A stretch of DNA of 64,000 nucleotides, from NCBI RefSeq assembly GCF_009914755.1, contig NC_060932.1; one strand, given 5' to 3'. This DNA is from the human T2T-CHM13v2.0 reference genome, Homo sapiens. Below are positions 27,316 to 43,419 of this stretch, piece after piece. Made by a program: the position numbers and the translations under genes. The notes beneath the pieces were generated by a model, which was given only the letters and a program-made list of their open reading frames with translations, had not been told where the DNA came from and did no database searches. Within the stretch, counting starts at the first letter, position 1. The number at the start of each line of letters is the position of its first letter.

Positions 27316-29439
27316 GTCATGCCTCTCATCACCAAATGCAAGCTAGTTTCAGGGTGGTTAATTTTGGAGCTGATGAGCTTTACAGGTGATTGAATTTAAT
27401 CATTTATGAGAGTAGGCAGGTAGGATATGCCAAGAAAGAGATCTTACTCAGTAAGTTTGGCAGGCCTCCATATTTTGGGCCTTTCTTTGCTTCCCCCTGT
27501 GATCCCAATGAACTTGGGTACCAAGTCTTCTTGTTCCCATTACCCTTTTCTTGGAATAGATTTTCTCAGATAATCTCCATCTTTCTCCCAATCTCCTCTT
27601 CCTTCTTCCTTTTTCTTAAACAGGATGAGCCTGTTTACTGCTGGGGGCAGGGTATGTATCCCCATGAGTCAGGGGCTTGATTGGTAGGGGAGGTGAGTGT
27701 TCATGCTGCGTCCCTAGACATCTTGAATGTCCCCCAATTTGAGCAAGTAACACATCACTTAGTTCTGCAACAGAACCAGCCACACATTGGTGTGTGTTTG
27801 GCTTGCCTCTGATTTGATGTTGCTCTTTTCTCACGAGGCTTGGACAAAACTCCTGCTTTACTCAAATCTTGTTTGAGTTAATATCTCAGCCTCCAGGTGA
27901 AATGAGGAATGAAATACAGATTTTAGTATCTAATATAAAACCATAACTTGTTTTTACTCTGAGCTCCATCTTGGGACTATATTCTATCCAGAGGCCCTGA
28001 GGAACTTCTCTCCCTCCTTTGTTTTGATTTATTAAAGTTCTTGAATTATATCCCATGTTATTGATCTCAGCAAATGTGGGTTTCAAAATTGAGAGAGAAG
28101 TAAATCGTGCTGTGTTGTTACTGTGCGTTTGGCTGAATTCTGTTCAACCTCTAAAGGAAAGGAAATATATCATGCTGCAGTCTTTTAACATAAAATCAGT
28201 TTACACTTTGCCATTCTAAAAAATTGATCAGTTCAATACATTTGATAAGTGCCGCAAGTAAGGATTTACTCTGATTCAGTATCATTGTCAAGTCCTAAAT
28301 TTTACTTAAATTTTTTTAACTTACAAGCTGTCTTCCTCTAAATTTAGGATGGAAGGGGACGAAGAAGTTTTTAGATTTTTGTCACTGATTTATAGCATGT
28401 AATTAAGGTCATTTTGTACTATTTTGAAGCTCCATTTTGTTTCTTGGTTATGTTGTTCTTAGAAGGAATACTTTAAAATTGTTGAGTGTATTTAGTTAAT
28501 GTTTCATATAAAATGGTATCTACTTCCCCTCCCCCAGGTTAGGAGACTCTGAATGATGAAATTCCTCTGAATTATCTTGAAGTATCTTCTTAGAAAGTAA
28601 TGTTTCTCCAATTCATTAAGCTACTAAGAGTTTTCTGGTATTGAATGAAAAAGAATTGTAGGTATTTCAGGAATTCCTGAATAGCTGTTTTATAACCAGA
28701 CTGATGAAAAGAAAGCCATTTTAGATGTGGGGTTGTATGTAATAAAAGTTTCAAATTTTAAAAATAACACAGAAATCTGACATTTATTTTAGAAAGTGCC
28801 TTTTTTACATTGAGGGAGAAATTACCGAAAGGCATAAAATAAGTTTTATCTGATAAATATTTAAAATAGAAATGTGTCTGTGAGGTATAACTTTTTAAAA
28901 GACTCAACCCCCACAAACCAGTATTTCTGTTGATATTAATTTTAGAAAAGATTAATTACAAGTATTCAATTTTGATGCTGATCTATAAAATATATATTCT
29001 AATTATGCAGGCTCTATGTGAAAATGCATTCTTATTGGATTTTAATATTGTTTTATTTTGATTTTAAAAATAATTTTGAAGATACCTACAGCATATTGTA
29101 AGTATAAATGGCTCAGAAGTTAATACATTTTAAGATACATTTTCAGAAAATTACAGGTTTTTTTTTTTTCTTTTAAGTCCACAACTAAGTTTGATTGCTT
29201 TAATATCTTCCTCTTAGGAAGAGATAAGGGTAATGGGAAGTTGTAGAGATAAGCTAAACTTATACCAACACTAGTTTGAGAGCCATTCGATTTTTTTTTT
29301 CTTGCTATTTTTTGGCAACAAGAACCGCACACACCAGTAGCAGAGTAGATAATACAACCATTTATCAACCTTAAAGAACCACAAGTGTTATTCTTTATGC
29401 TTTATTACTTCGCTTCAGAATATTGCCTTTAGACTGTGA

Positions 29440-29796
<357 letters not shown>

Positions 29797-30609
29797 AATT
29801 TTATATAAAGATTCTTAATCTGTCTGTCTGGTTTGGACTTAAGCTCTCTGTATAATAAAGTAATTGATAAGATGATATGCAGTTCTGGATTTATGCCAGA
29901 TACATGTTTTATAAGAAATTTTACATGGTAATTACTTAAAATATAAGATTCTGGTGTATTGAAATACGTATTTGAGTAGCCTGCCATTTTAAAGTTATAA
30001 TGCAAGTTAACTTCTAAATTTTAATAAAATTTTGAGTTTTGTGAATACCGTTTTCTTCAGCAAAGCTCAAGTATTAGGCTATTCGTGTAAAACTATTATA
30101 TCTTTGGGCACATGTTTCTTAATATGATTTTAAAAGGAAAAAAAGTAGGTTTTAAGCAGGTCATGGTTTATGTTCCAGCATTTAGTTAAAAAAAAAAGAC
30201 CTCTAATCTTATAATGCTGTTAATTTGCTGAACACTTTATCTTTGCAGATCAATTTCACATACTTTTATCTGGCTCATTTTTCACAGCCTTGCTCCGAGT
30301 GAGGTGTTCTTATCATCAGTTGACAATGATGGGACAGAGATGGCTCAAGGATGTTGGGCACCCAGGGGTGGTTGAACTGGCAGTTACGACTTGATCCAGG
30401 TTATCTGATTTGGGATCCAGTCTGCTTTCTCCTAGGTCACAGAAGCCTTTTGATTTTGTTTTTCTTCTTTTTTAATGTTAAGACAGGTAACTGACTAGGG
30501 CTGCAGGTCTGGCGGCTGCTTGTTTTGGGTTGGTCTTCAAACCCTGTTGTTCCCTGACATCCTGCCTTCAGCACAGGTTGCTGTACAGCTTTTCCTGTGG
30601 GCCCAGCTC

Positions 30610-30970
30610 CTCCCTCCAGGGGCCTTTCTTTGCAGAAGCTGCTCTTTCTGCCTGGAACTCTGTTCCCTTTCCTTGTTTCTCTTCCTTTCCTTCTTCGAAT
30701 TTAAGCCTAATTACCCTCCACGTCAGCGCTTCCTCCCACCTTCCCCACTGTATACTCTCCAAACTCCATCCACTTCCCTCTGCTTGGAACTCTTTTTCTG
30801 CAGTGTATTTTTGTGGCACTTGAGTGGCTTTGTCCTTAGACTAAGTTCTGGGAGGATGGGATCTTTTGCCAGTTTTTTACCCATTGTATTCTCAGCCTTA
30901 GCAGGATGCCTCATACTTAAGAGGTACCCACATATTTAGGTGGATGGATGGATGGATGAAAGAATGAATA
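30610..30970 (+). mobile_element. L2 3' end with (GGAT)n/(GAAT)n tail
   Basis: ctttctgcctggaactctgttccc...ctaagttctgggaggatggg...ccattgtattctcagccttagcaggatgcc...ggatggatggatggatgaaagaatgaat. Confidence 0.65.
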
Positions 30971-31739
30971 ATGCCGATTCTTTCATTATATGGACTTTGT
31001 TTCCTTTCTTAGACCATTGGAATCAGCTGATCGTCTAGCACTTGGCTAGATTTGAACAAATTAGGAATCCTATGTTCTGTTTAGTTCCAACTCCAATCAA
31101 TTAACCAATATTTATTGAGTGAGAGGCAGAATGTAAAGCGCTGTATCTCTGTTGTCTTCTCTGTTTCTCTCTCTTAGCATTTTTTCATGTTTACAGAGCA
31201 TCAAGCATGATTCAAGTAGTTGCTGGAAGCCGCCAGGTCAAAGTGTGCAGAGAACAAATACCAGTATGAGGGGAGCTACATAAACATATGCACACATATT
31301 AAACATAAGCTATGTCATCTGTAGAATTTAATAAACTAGGCTAGATTTAAAATCTTTCCCTTTGATGTGTAATACGTCATGGTTTTGAACATTTTCAGAA
31401 AATGGGGCCACTTCTCAGTTACTCCAGATAAAACTTACTCTTCAAATATGACAGCATTTTCTTCACCAATGTATTTTCTTCACTCATTTTTCAAAATCCC
31501 TTTATTGACCCTGGGTGCCAGATGAGTGCAAGTTGGGGCACCCATACAAACCCACATTTTAAACTTCTTTGTTTGTTTCAGGGAAGGTTTGAAATAGTGT
31601 AAATTTTCTCTTAGTCCAAGAATAGGCTATTTCCAGCCTGAGCTATAGTACCTTGTTAAACTCAGTGAAAGCTACACCTTTCAACTTCGTAAGCTTGGTT
31701 GCCAAAATGTAGTTCGTTTGGAATGAATTATTAGAATAT

Positions 31740-31785
31740 CACACACACACACACACACACATACACACACACACACACACACACA
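31740..31785. repeat. (CA)n microsatellite, about 23 units with one interruption
   Basis: Directly visible. Confidence 0.97.
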
Positions 31786-32061
31786 TTCAAATGTGATTAT
31801 CTACTGGAAAGTCAGTAGATAAATCAGTTGACTAGAAAGTTTATGGTTTGGATTATTTTTGTAATGTTATTTCATATTTCCCACCCTTATATTCCCCTCT
31901 TTGGGAATGATAATTTGAGAAGTTAGCTATGTATTAGCCTTAGTAAGAAACTGTATTATGTTTATCAGAGAATGAAACGAAACAAATTATTCCTCCTCTT
32001 TTAGCTACTCCCCTCCCCCGCCCCACACACTTTTAACCAGTTTTAGGATTTTATTAATTAA

Positions 32062-33495
<1,434 letters not shown>

Positions 33496-34356
33496 AAGAA
33501 TGGTACCACTTCTTGTTGAACAGTATTTTTATCTCTTTGATGACTTTCCCTTGAACCAAGAACACACTGTTTTGTAGCAGGAAGATCCTATAACTCTATG
33601 CTGAGTATTTTTGTTTTTTAAAAGAAGATACATAAGTACTGGAGGAACACAGTGCGTTAAACTTATCCTGAGGATAGATGTTAGGGTGTGTCTAACCCAT
33701 GTCTACATTTAGGGTACTTTGTAAATAAAGCCCATAATTGGTACACATGAGTAGTTAGAGCAGTTCTAATTGCATGAAACCTGTCTGAGAGAAGGATTCA
33801 TTCTGTTCTTGGTGGTTGAGAAGATTATAAGTGTAGGGTAGAGCTGTGTGTCATTTAGAAATGTTTTGCTAGGGTTCAGACATGCTGCTTTTCTGGTGAG
33901 TGGATATAGGGTGAGAGGAAAGGAGCTGGATTTGCCCTGATTCTTGGGAAAGGAGAGGGGGTTGGGGATTCTGGCTCAGGGTCGGGGGTTCTGGCTCAGA
34001 GTTTGGGCATTGGGAGCAATGATTAAGCAGAGGAGTTGGCTTATGGTGTTTTGTGGCGTGCAGCTGATAGGCCTTCATGGATAGGTATGTTTCCTGTGTA
34101 GATGGTGGTCTTCAGTTACAGCCTTGCCATGGAGGAAATCTTTTTAAGGTAAACATACAACACAGAATTTCTGAATTTCACCGTCTGAGATAGTCTTAAG
34201 GTTCTCATAACTAAATGTCTATACCTAGTAAGTGCTTAGAAATATTTGTTGAATAAATGAATGGATGTGGTTTTTAAATGAAATGTCTCTATAAATTGAT
34301 ATCTGTTTCTGAAGCATCTTAATGAATCAAAGCTTTGGAGCACCAATTCTTTCCAT

Positions 34357-34405
34357 TGTAATCCCAACACTTTGGGAGGCTGAGGTGGGCAGATCATGAG
34401 GTCAG
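34357..34405 (+). mobile_element. Orphan 49-bp Alu left-arm fragment
   Basis: tgtaatcccaacactttgggaggctgaggtgggcagatcatgaggtcag; no poly-A, no TSD. Confidence 0.85.
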
Positions 34406-34406
34406 C

Positions 34407-34571
34407 CCCAAAGAGGGGAATATAAGGGTGGGAAATATTAAATAACATTACAAAAATAATCCAAACCATAAACTTTCTAGTCAACTGACTTATCTACTGA
34501 CTTTCCAGTAGATAATCACATTTGAATATGTGTGTGTGTGTGTGTGTCTAATAATTCATTCCAAACAAACT
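34407..34571 (-). repeat. Inverted copy of 31711-31905, including a shortened (TG)n
   Basis: Reverse complement matches 31711-31905 with about 4 substitutions outside the microsatellite. Confidence 0.93.
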
Positions 34572-35677
34572 CACAGATCATGAATGTAATAGTAAACTAA
34601 GTGATGCACGGTAGTAAAGAACCTCAATGAAAAATCTTAATGCAAATATTATTTTAAAAGTCACATTTAATTTCCAGATTATTTCATGGATTGCCAGTGG
34701 AGGAGCTGGCTTATTTTTAGACTGTTTTTACATGACTTAATGTAATTGTTGAGTAATTTTCTGCACAGTAATTTAATGAGTAAGTCATCTACTTTATGCT
34801 CAGTCTGGGCTGGGTGCTTGCTCTCTGGGATCTCCCTAAGGAGTACTGGTGGAAATGAGGTTGCCATATTTGACACAAGGGCCGATGGTGGCTGTGTGGG
34901 GTGTGATGACATGAGACAAGAGTGTCAAGGCTTGAATGTCCAAGGAGGTAAAACTTGAGGTGAGGCTTGAAAGATTTCAGATTTTAACAGTGAGAGGAGA
35001 AAGGAAGGAATTGCTAGATAATCTTCACTAACTTGGAGATTGAATAGTGAAGAGGGTGACCGACCTTGTTGGAGGTTGTCTGTTGTTAAAAGGTGGAAAT
35101 GACATGATGTTGTGGGGCCAGGCAGAGGAATTGGGATTTACTAAAGTAAGTAGTAATAGGAAATCACTGCAGATTTCTGAAGAGAAGAGTGAAACTGCAG
35201 TTTAAAGAAGCTTGACTTGCTATGTTCATGAGTACTTCTCATGACACTGGTATAATTTGCTGCTTATATAGCCATATACCAGATACTGCCTCCAGTAGGT
35301 TTTGCTTCCTTCCCTTTTTAGTGGATTACCAGTGACGATTTAGTGATTCAACCTTTGTAAATATCAAGTTTTGTTTTGAGTTTTATACCTCTGTGAGTTA
35401 TAGAGTGCAAGTAGGTCTTGTAATCTCCATTCTCTAAGAAGGGAAATGAAACTCAAGAATTCTTCAGCAGAATTCTAACCAAGTGTGGAATCCATCCAGG
35501 AATAGTAAGCCAGCTTTTCTCTTCCACTTACTACTGAACTTCCTAATGTGAAATGAATTGTCTGTTTTGGAACAAAACACCTAGGCTAAATTTACATTTT
35601 TGAGTTTGTATTCTTGATAATTTGATCTTAAAATGACAAAATATCAATAATTCATTTGCCTCCTTAATTGTCAACTG

Positions 35678-35914
35678 ATTTTTTAATAGCTGTAAAATGT
35701 AATTTACATACCATTCATCCATTTAAAAAGTGTCCAATTCAATGGTTTTTAGCATATTTAGAGTTGTGGAACCATCACTACAATCAATTTTAGAACTTTT
35801 TCATCACCTCCCTGAAAAACCTGTGTCCATTAGCAGTCACCCCTACCCCTACCCTGTCATTCTCAACCCTTTCCAGTCCTAGGCTATCACTAATCTAATT
35901 TTTGTCTCTATAGT
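35678..35914 (-). mobile_element. L1MB 3' end
   Basis: ttcatccatttaaaaagtgtccaattcaatggtttttagcatatttagagttgtggaaccatcactacaatcaattttagaac. Confidence 0.8.
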
Positions 35915-36379
35915 TCAATTGGTATCTTTCTAAACTAGTATTTTACAAAATGTTACTCTGGATTTTGTTATCAGAAGATGGTTTCAGCCTCAGCTTGCTA
36001 GTACTATGACCTTGAGAAAATTTCTTAACTTTGTGAAATTTATCCCCATATCTGTAGAACATGAATAGTCATATCTTCACAGATTATTTTGACGATTAAA
36101 GTATATTTATGTGAAAGTGTATTAAGTGCTATATGAGTTAACTGTTCTACCAAAGATATGTAACTGAATTATTTTATTAAATGGTCTCATTTTAATCTTT
36201 TAAAATAGTTGGTGGAACATAATAAAACACATAATAAATGTTTGGATAGGAAAGGATGGAGTTTTATGTTTTTAAGGCGATGGTTTTATTATGTATGTGA
36301 TTTTATGGTTTGACTTTTAAGATGGAAGGAGTTTTTCTGAATTTCCCTGGAGAACTTAATATAGTTGTACTTATATTAT

Positions 36380-36515
36380 TTTTGGATCATTAAACCCTTT
36401 GAGAATCTAAGGAAAGCTATGTACATATACTTGATTTTCCAAAAAAAAAAAATCAAGAGGTTCATGGATCTTTAAAACTATTTACACAGTCCCTAATACC
36501 AGGTTAAGAGCCCCT
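36380..36515. mobile_element. Charlie4z-like hAT MITE
   Basis: ccctttgagaatctaaggaaagctatg...gaggttcatgga...ccaggttaagagcccct. Confidence 0.55.
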
Positions 36516-36534
36516 TTATCTAAAAAGAGAGATA

Positions 36535-36844
36535 TGCCGGGCGTGATGGCTCACGCTTGTAATCCCAACACTTTGGGAGGCTGAGGTGGACGGGTCACTT
36601 GAGGTCAGGAGTTCGAGACCAGCCTGGCCAACATGGTGAAACCCCATCTCTACTAAAAATACAAAAATTAGCTGGGCATAGTGGCACGCCTGTAATCCCA
36701 GCTGCTCAGGAGGCTGAGGCATGAGAATCACTTGAACCCAGGAGGCGGAGGTTGCAATGAGCCCAGATGGCACCACTGCACTCCAGCCTGGGCAACAAAG
36801 CAAGATGCTGTCTCAAAATAATAATAATAATCATAATAATAATT
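36535..36844 (+). mobile_element. AluS (Sz-like)
   Basis: Full dimer, (AAT)n tail, TSD aaaagagaga. Confidence 0.95.
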
Positions 36845-37575
36845 AAAAGAGAGACAAAATAATTCTTCAAAGCCGGGCCAAGTGATTCCACACATTGGGA
36901 GGAAGACACAGCCAGTCAGCCCAAGGTATGTTTATTTACTGTCCAATTTTCAGTATGTTCTGTTGTTCATATAAAAGTATACTCAGTATATGCTTGCTCA
37001 AGCAAGGGGGATTTTCTTCTAGCTATGAGATTGTAAATACACCATACATAGAGAAGACATGAAGACAGCTCTTGAAGACAAAGCTGAGGGGAGGAAGAAC
37101 AGGCAGCCAGAGTGCCTTTCATACTGTAGCAATACTCTTTGGGCTGCACATTTTAGAGCGCTTGTATAAACAAGCATTGGATTCCCAAAGGCCCTAGGGG
37201 AATGCTGTACAGGTTGTGTGGGGCGGCCTGATTGAGTTTATTCTCCAGATGGCTATTACTCACAGGCCACTTAATAACCACTGTTGTTTATTTCATTGTT
37301 GTTAGATGGCCCAACAGTACAGCATCCCTCAGTCCATGTAACAAAAATGTTCTTACCATGTCTAAAAAGCAAATTTCTTCCTTACCAAGTCTATTCCCAG
37401 TTGCTTCCCTTAATTTGAGATGTATTATTGTGGAAGAATTTGGATACCAGTAGTGAAAGAATCCAGCTGAGAACAAAACTCAGAGGTGCTGGAAAGGGGA
37501 GAAAAGAAATGCCAGTTAATGGAATGGCTGGATGGTCCTATCAGGTAAGAGGGCAGACCACTTGCCACACAACCT

Positions 37576-38032
37576 TTGGATAACAGTCCTTTGTCAGGCA
37601 TGGGGTTTTTGTTTGTTTGTTTTGTTTTTCCAAATATTTTTTCCTAGTCTGTGACTTGTCTTCTCATCCTCTTGACAGTGTCTTTCCCAGAGAAGTTTTT
37701 AATTATAATGCAGTCTAGCTTATCAATTATTTCTCCTGTGGATCATGTGTTTGGTGTTGCATTTCAAAAGTCATCGCCATACTCAAGGTCATTTTGATTT
37801 CCCCCCCATTGATCTTCTAGGCATTTTGTAGTTTGCCTGTTACATGTAGGTCTGTGATCCATTTTGAGTTAATTTTTGTGAAGAGTTTTTAAGATCTATG
37901 TCTAGATTCATTTTGTTTTTGCATGTGGATGTCCCATTGTTCCAGCTCTATTTGTTGAAAAGACAGTCCTTTCTCCATTGTATTGCCTTTGCTCCTTTGT
38001 CAAAGATCAGTTTCCTGTATTTATGTGGGTCT
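37576..38032 (-). mobile_element. L1M (L1MC-like) ORF2 fragment
   Basis: tctgtgacttgtcttctcatcctcttgacagtgtcttt...aggtctgtgatccattttgagttaatttttgtg...tttgttgaaaagac...tgctcctttgtcaaagatcagtt. Confidence 0.85.
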
Positions 38033-39215
38033 TTTCAGGTCCACAGCCTTTCAGTGACTTAATGATGAAAAGAGGTGGCATCTTTCCCTGGGGCTGCCTC
38101 CCCTGCTTGCCCATGGCAGGATTTCTGAAGGCCACAGTCAGCCTGGGAAGTTAGGATGCCAGGGAGTTGGCATGGAGTCCCTGTGGGACTTGGTAGCTCT
38201 GGGGGGCTTCTGAGGAAGAGACTCATTGTTACTGGAGTGAACGTCAGAAGCTCTGCATTGGTGGATTAGTGAGTCCTTTCCTCATTTTCTCCTCTTGTGC
38301 AGGCTTCTTGTTCCTAATGCACTCATTCTAACTGATGAGATAATTACAGCAAAATTTTGTATAGCTACTAGAACCAGGAATTCCGTCGACACAATTAGAA
38401 TTGGTAATCCTTACCTTCAAATCTTCATTCTAGTGAAACCTAAAATAAAATTAGCATTGCTTTCAAGCAGAGCTTTTGTGCTTAAATTGCCCCATTTCTG
38501 TTCCATATCTTAAGGCTGACCTCCATTCCAGATTTCCCATTTGGGGACTTGGATGGTTCTCCTGTGGAGCCAAGGTGAATTTAGTGACAGGTTAGTGACT
38601 CTGGTGGGGGGGACATGTTTGCAGTAGAGCTCCACTCTTTTTTTTTTCCTTTCCTGACAATATTTCCTAACTTTTCGCCTTCAGACTATCATTTTGACGC
38701 ACATCACCCCTAATTTGTTTTCGTGGCTCTGTACTCCTTTCTCTCCAATTACTGTTCCATTGTTACAGCTACCTGAAAGACATTTTCCCTTGACACACGC
38801 TGTCCGTATCTCAGACACCTCAGCGAGGTGACTGTGTTGCCAAGTCTTGTCAAAGGTTCCAATTTTGAAACCTTATAAATCTCTCCCTTGCCTGTATTCA
38901 GCCTTGCTGGGATCAGCTGTCTTGACAGCCTTCCATCTGGCTTTCCTAGCCCTTCCTAGCCCACCATTCTAACGGCCTTACTTCCTGCCTCCAAAATTTT
39001 CAAGAGCTCCCAATTTTCAGGGAGAGTGCGGGCTTCCTAGGCTAGCACTCAGTGTCTTGAATTTCCTGGCTTTTACATAACTGTCATCTTTAATTCTAGC
39101 ACATCCTCTCATGCTCTTTGCTACCTAACTAAGCTGAGTGCTCTCCCTTCCTTCCATTTCCTATAAATATCTTGTACTTTTCCACTTTTATGTCTTTGTT
39201 CTCAGACTTCTAAGC

Positions 39216-39379
39216 CAGTGGTCCTCAAACTTAGGAATGTATCAGACTCCACATGGAGGCCTTGTTATAGCAGGGAACACGGGGCCCAACTCCCAGAGTT
39301 TCTGATTCATTAGGTCTGGGGTGGGGCCTGAGAATTTGAGATGCTGCCGGCCCCAGGGACTGCACCTTGAGAACCACTC
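39216..39379. mobile_element. MER5A (internally deleted)
   Basis: cagtggtcctcaaactt...cccagagtttctgattcattaggtctggggtggggcctgagaattt...ttgagaaccact; TSD ttctaa(g/a)c. Confidence 0.85.
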
Positions 39380-40745
39380 TTCTAAACAGTTCTCTAATTC
39401 TAATACGTTTTGGTTAAAAGAAACATCGAATTCATTGGAGGCCATTGGTTATTCAGATCTGTGCATTGGATTTTACATCCAACAGTGCTAAAATTGTGTT
39501 TTGAACATAAATGCATTTTGAGCTCCTGCTTGGTGCCAGCTGACAGGCCCTTTGTCCATAAAACTACTGATGAATTGAAGGTTATACTTCTGTTTCCTCT
39601 CTGCATGTTGGGTGAGGACACTTACATATTTAGCTGTGAGCCACTGGCGGCTACACTCTGTCATTACAGACCAACAGGCCCTACAGCCAGTCAGCTGCCA
39701 ATTAACAAACTACAGGCTTGTATTCTGCAGGCAGTTTAGCCAAGGGATGCCAGCATCTCTGTTGTTCCTGCCGTTACCAGGCCTAGGCATTGTCTTGCAG
39801 CTTGGTAACTCCACCTTTCTAAAGACTCAGGTGTCCCCAGTTGTACTGGTAAAAGGTTTTGCATTTTAGTGTTATGGTTAAATTTGGGAATTAAAAAAAT
39901 GTAGGAATCATTCCTTTGTCTCATTCACAGTGTAATTGTCAACCACCTGTATCATTAGTGTTGGCGGGGAAAGGAGGGGTGAGGAGTCACTGTGGCCATG
40001 GATACATGTCATCTGTCCAGGCCTATAGCCTATTAAAGGCACTTGATTTGAGTACTTTCAACTTTGCAGGGGGATGGGATGTCCAAGGGTGAATGTGATT
40101 TGAGTAGGGCATCTGGAACTTTTTAGAAGATAATCAGTACCTAATAGATTTTTTACCGCATAGATTTTTCACTTCTCATTGCACTTGCATTTTGCTGGTG
40201 TAGAATGCAGGCCTTGACCGTAGAGTTGTGTGGGTTGCACGTGGATTAGCCTCACACAGAGAGGTAAAGGGTCTCTAATTTAATGGACCTTTGTGAAGGA
40301 TTCTAAAGTAAAAGTGTACAGAGTGCTTTCTGATTGGCAAATGTACCTATGATACGTTTTATTTGGGCGTATTTTCTTGTTTTCCTTACACACCTGTAGA
40401 CTTCTGATATCTGACATGAAATAAAACTTTCCAAGAAAATACCTCAAGATTCCAGGTTTTTTCCTACAGTTCAGCTTACACGTGTTATCACATCCCATAG
40501 GTAAGTGATGAAGTCTGCCGTGCCAGTGCTTTGGGAAAGCACCCTGCCCACCGTTTTGGGAGTTGAACTTTGTGATTGTTTAGAATACCAGCTTTTAATT
40601 GTTTGTTGTTAAATTTTAGTCAATCTCTGTACATTCTTCACTTTGCTTCATAAACTTTGATAAGTTAGCAATGGGATATCCCTTTCTGCCTAGGTATATT
40701 TATTCTTTAAAAAATGTACATTGAGGAAGGGAAAGTAATTTTTAG

Positions 40746-41116
<371 letters not shown>

Positions 41117-41659
41117 CCTAAATCTGATTTAATCTTTGATTCAGAAGATATCTCAGAGTCTTACAGGATCCATGTACATCTTCATTTTTTTTCCTCCATG
41201 TTGAAATGAATTTAGTTTGAGTTTTAACTTAATAGGGTTTTGGATAGAATAAATCTATATGTATATGTATTAGGATAGAGACATAATAGGAAGTGTGGTG
41301 TTGGGAGACAGAGAATTGAAAATCTGGGACCCTAGCAACAGTTGCTTCAATAACTATAGTACTGAATGTGTGGCCTTTATATCTGTGTCTCAGTTTTCCC
41401 CGACTCCAGTCATACCTGCATTACACATAGTTTGGGAAAGACTGCCTTCCCTCTGCAAAGTCCATCTGATTGGAAAGGCTGGGTAGATAACTGCAATAAA
41501 GAGATTGAATGTAACGGCGTTCCTCCTGGGGATGGGAGGTGAAGGATTCAGGGATAGGCAGTAGAGTGATCAAAGACCTGGAAGTTGTAGAATTCAGAGT
41601 TCTGCAGCCAGTTGACATAGCTGCCTTGTTACCCCACAGAAGATTCATATTGTTAGTGA

Positions 41660-41840
41660 AAAATATGCCACTGAGAAGACCTGGGCTTGAGTCTTGCTTC
41701 TTTCCTGCCCTGTACACCACGTACCAGCTGTGTGATCTTGGGGAGGACCTTAGATGAAGTCCTTTTCCCATCTGTAAAATGTTGGTGATGACCACCATCT
41801 GGTCTTCCTCACATGGGCACAGTGAGCACTCACTGGAATA
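41660..41840 (+). mobile_element. MIR
   Basis: gaagacctgggcttgagtc...taccagctgtgtgatcttgggga...ttttcccatctgtaaaatg. Confidence 0.65.
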
Positions 41841-42511
41841 GTGTTCTTCCTGTCATAGATGTAAAGCAGCAAACTGAAAGTTCTGGTGGTTTATCATGAT
41901 TATTATACTTGTTGGCTGACTTTCTCATGGGCTTCTTAGATGTTTCTCTTAAAGGCAGAATTTTAATTTAAAAATGCATATTATGTAAGAATATTGTAGT
42001 TGACTTTGAGAATTCATGAACTGAAACACTTAAACTCTCTCAGGACCTCTAAATATTTCTTGACTATTTCAGAGCATTTGATTTGTCCTAATGCTATGGA
42101 GTTATAAAACCATTAATGGTATGATAGCTCTGGAAACAAACATTAATTCATTTGAATTCATTAGAATGATAAAGCGTATTGTGCAGGGGTTTTCAGGCAT
42201 TCAGTTCATAACTATCGAAATGTGGATCATAACAAATTTTGTTTGGGTGTGTTTTCATGTCTAAAGAGGATCTTATCATAACTCTCATACTTATTAGTTT
42301 TATGTGAAATACAACTAGCAAGCATATATACATAACAAAGGAAATTGCAGATTGTAGTTTCTCTGAGATTGATCTATTTTATTAAATTATTTTTATTAAA
42401 TAATTTTTTATTTTATTTTTATATTTATTTTATTATTATTAATTTTTTGTTATAATTAAGTCATTCTGACCTTATAATTTGAGAAGCATGTGCCCTGTTT
42501 TCATGCTTTAG

Positions 42512-42925
<414 letters not shown>

Positions 42926-43085
42926 TAGTAAGCGTTCATGCCAATAACAGTTTCTGTTCAAATGTAGTTAAAGCCTGACTTGAAGAATTCTGGTAGCGAA
43001 AGGGGAAGATTTCATACCTCTTAATTGCAATTTGAACAGAAAGTGGCATCTTATAGAAGTCTTAATTTTGGCATGTTTTGCCATT

Positions 43086-43419
43086 AAAAATTTTTTGAAT
43101 TTCAATAGCTTTAGGGATACATGGTTTTTGGTTATATGAATTAATCGTGTGTGACGAAGTCTAGGATTTTAGTGCATTTGTCACCTGAATAGTGTCCATT
43201 GTACCCAATAGGTAGTTTTTCATCCCTCACCCTCTTCTCTTCCCCACTCTGAGTCTCCAGTGTCCACCTTACCATTCAGTATGCCTTTGCACACCCGTAG
43301 CTTAGCTCCCACTTAAGAGTAAGAACATGTGGTATTTGGTTTTTGATTTCTGAGTTACTTCATTAGAATAGTGGCCCCCAGTTCCATCCAAGTTGCTGCA
43401 AAAGACATTATTTTGCTCT
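43086..43419 (-). mobile_element. L1PB (PB3/4-like) 3' end
   Basis: tttcaatagctttagggatacatggtttttggttatatg...gcttagctcccacttaagagtaagaacatgtgg...ttccatccaagttgctgcaaaagacatt; TSD tgtt(t/c)tgccatt. Confidence 0.82.

Noticed and set aside
31560-31695. Acceptor tttgtttcag with weak donor ttc|gtaagc as a coding exon
   Set aside because: Stops in all three frames and a weak donor.
34357-36575. Alu at 36535 as donor of the 34357 Alu fragment (shared ttgtaatcccaacac variant)
   Set aside because: The sequences diverge at subfamily-diagnostic positions (gatcatgaggtc vs gtcacttgaggtc); donor not established.
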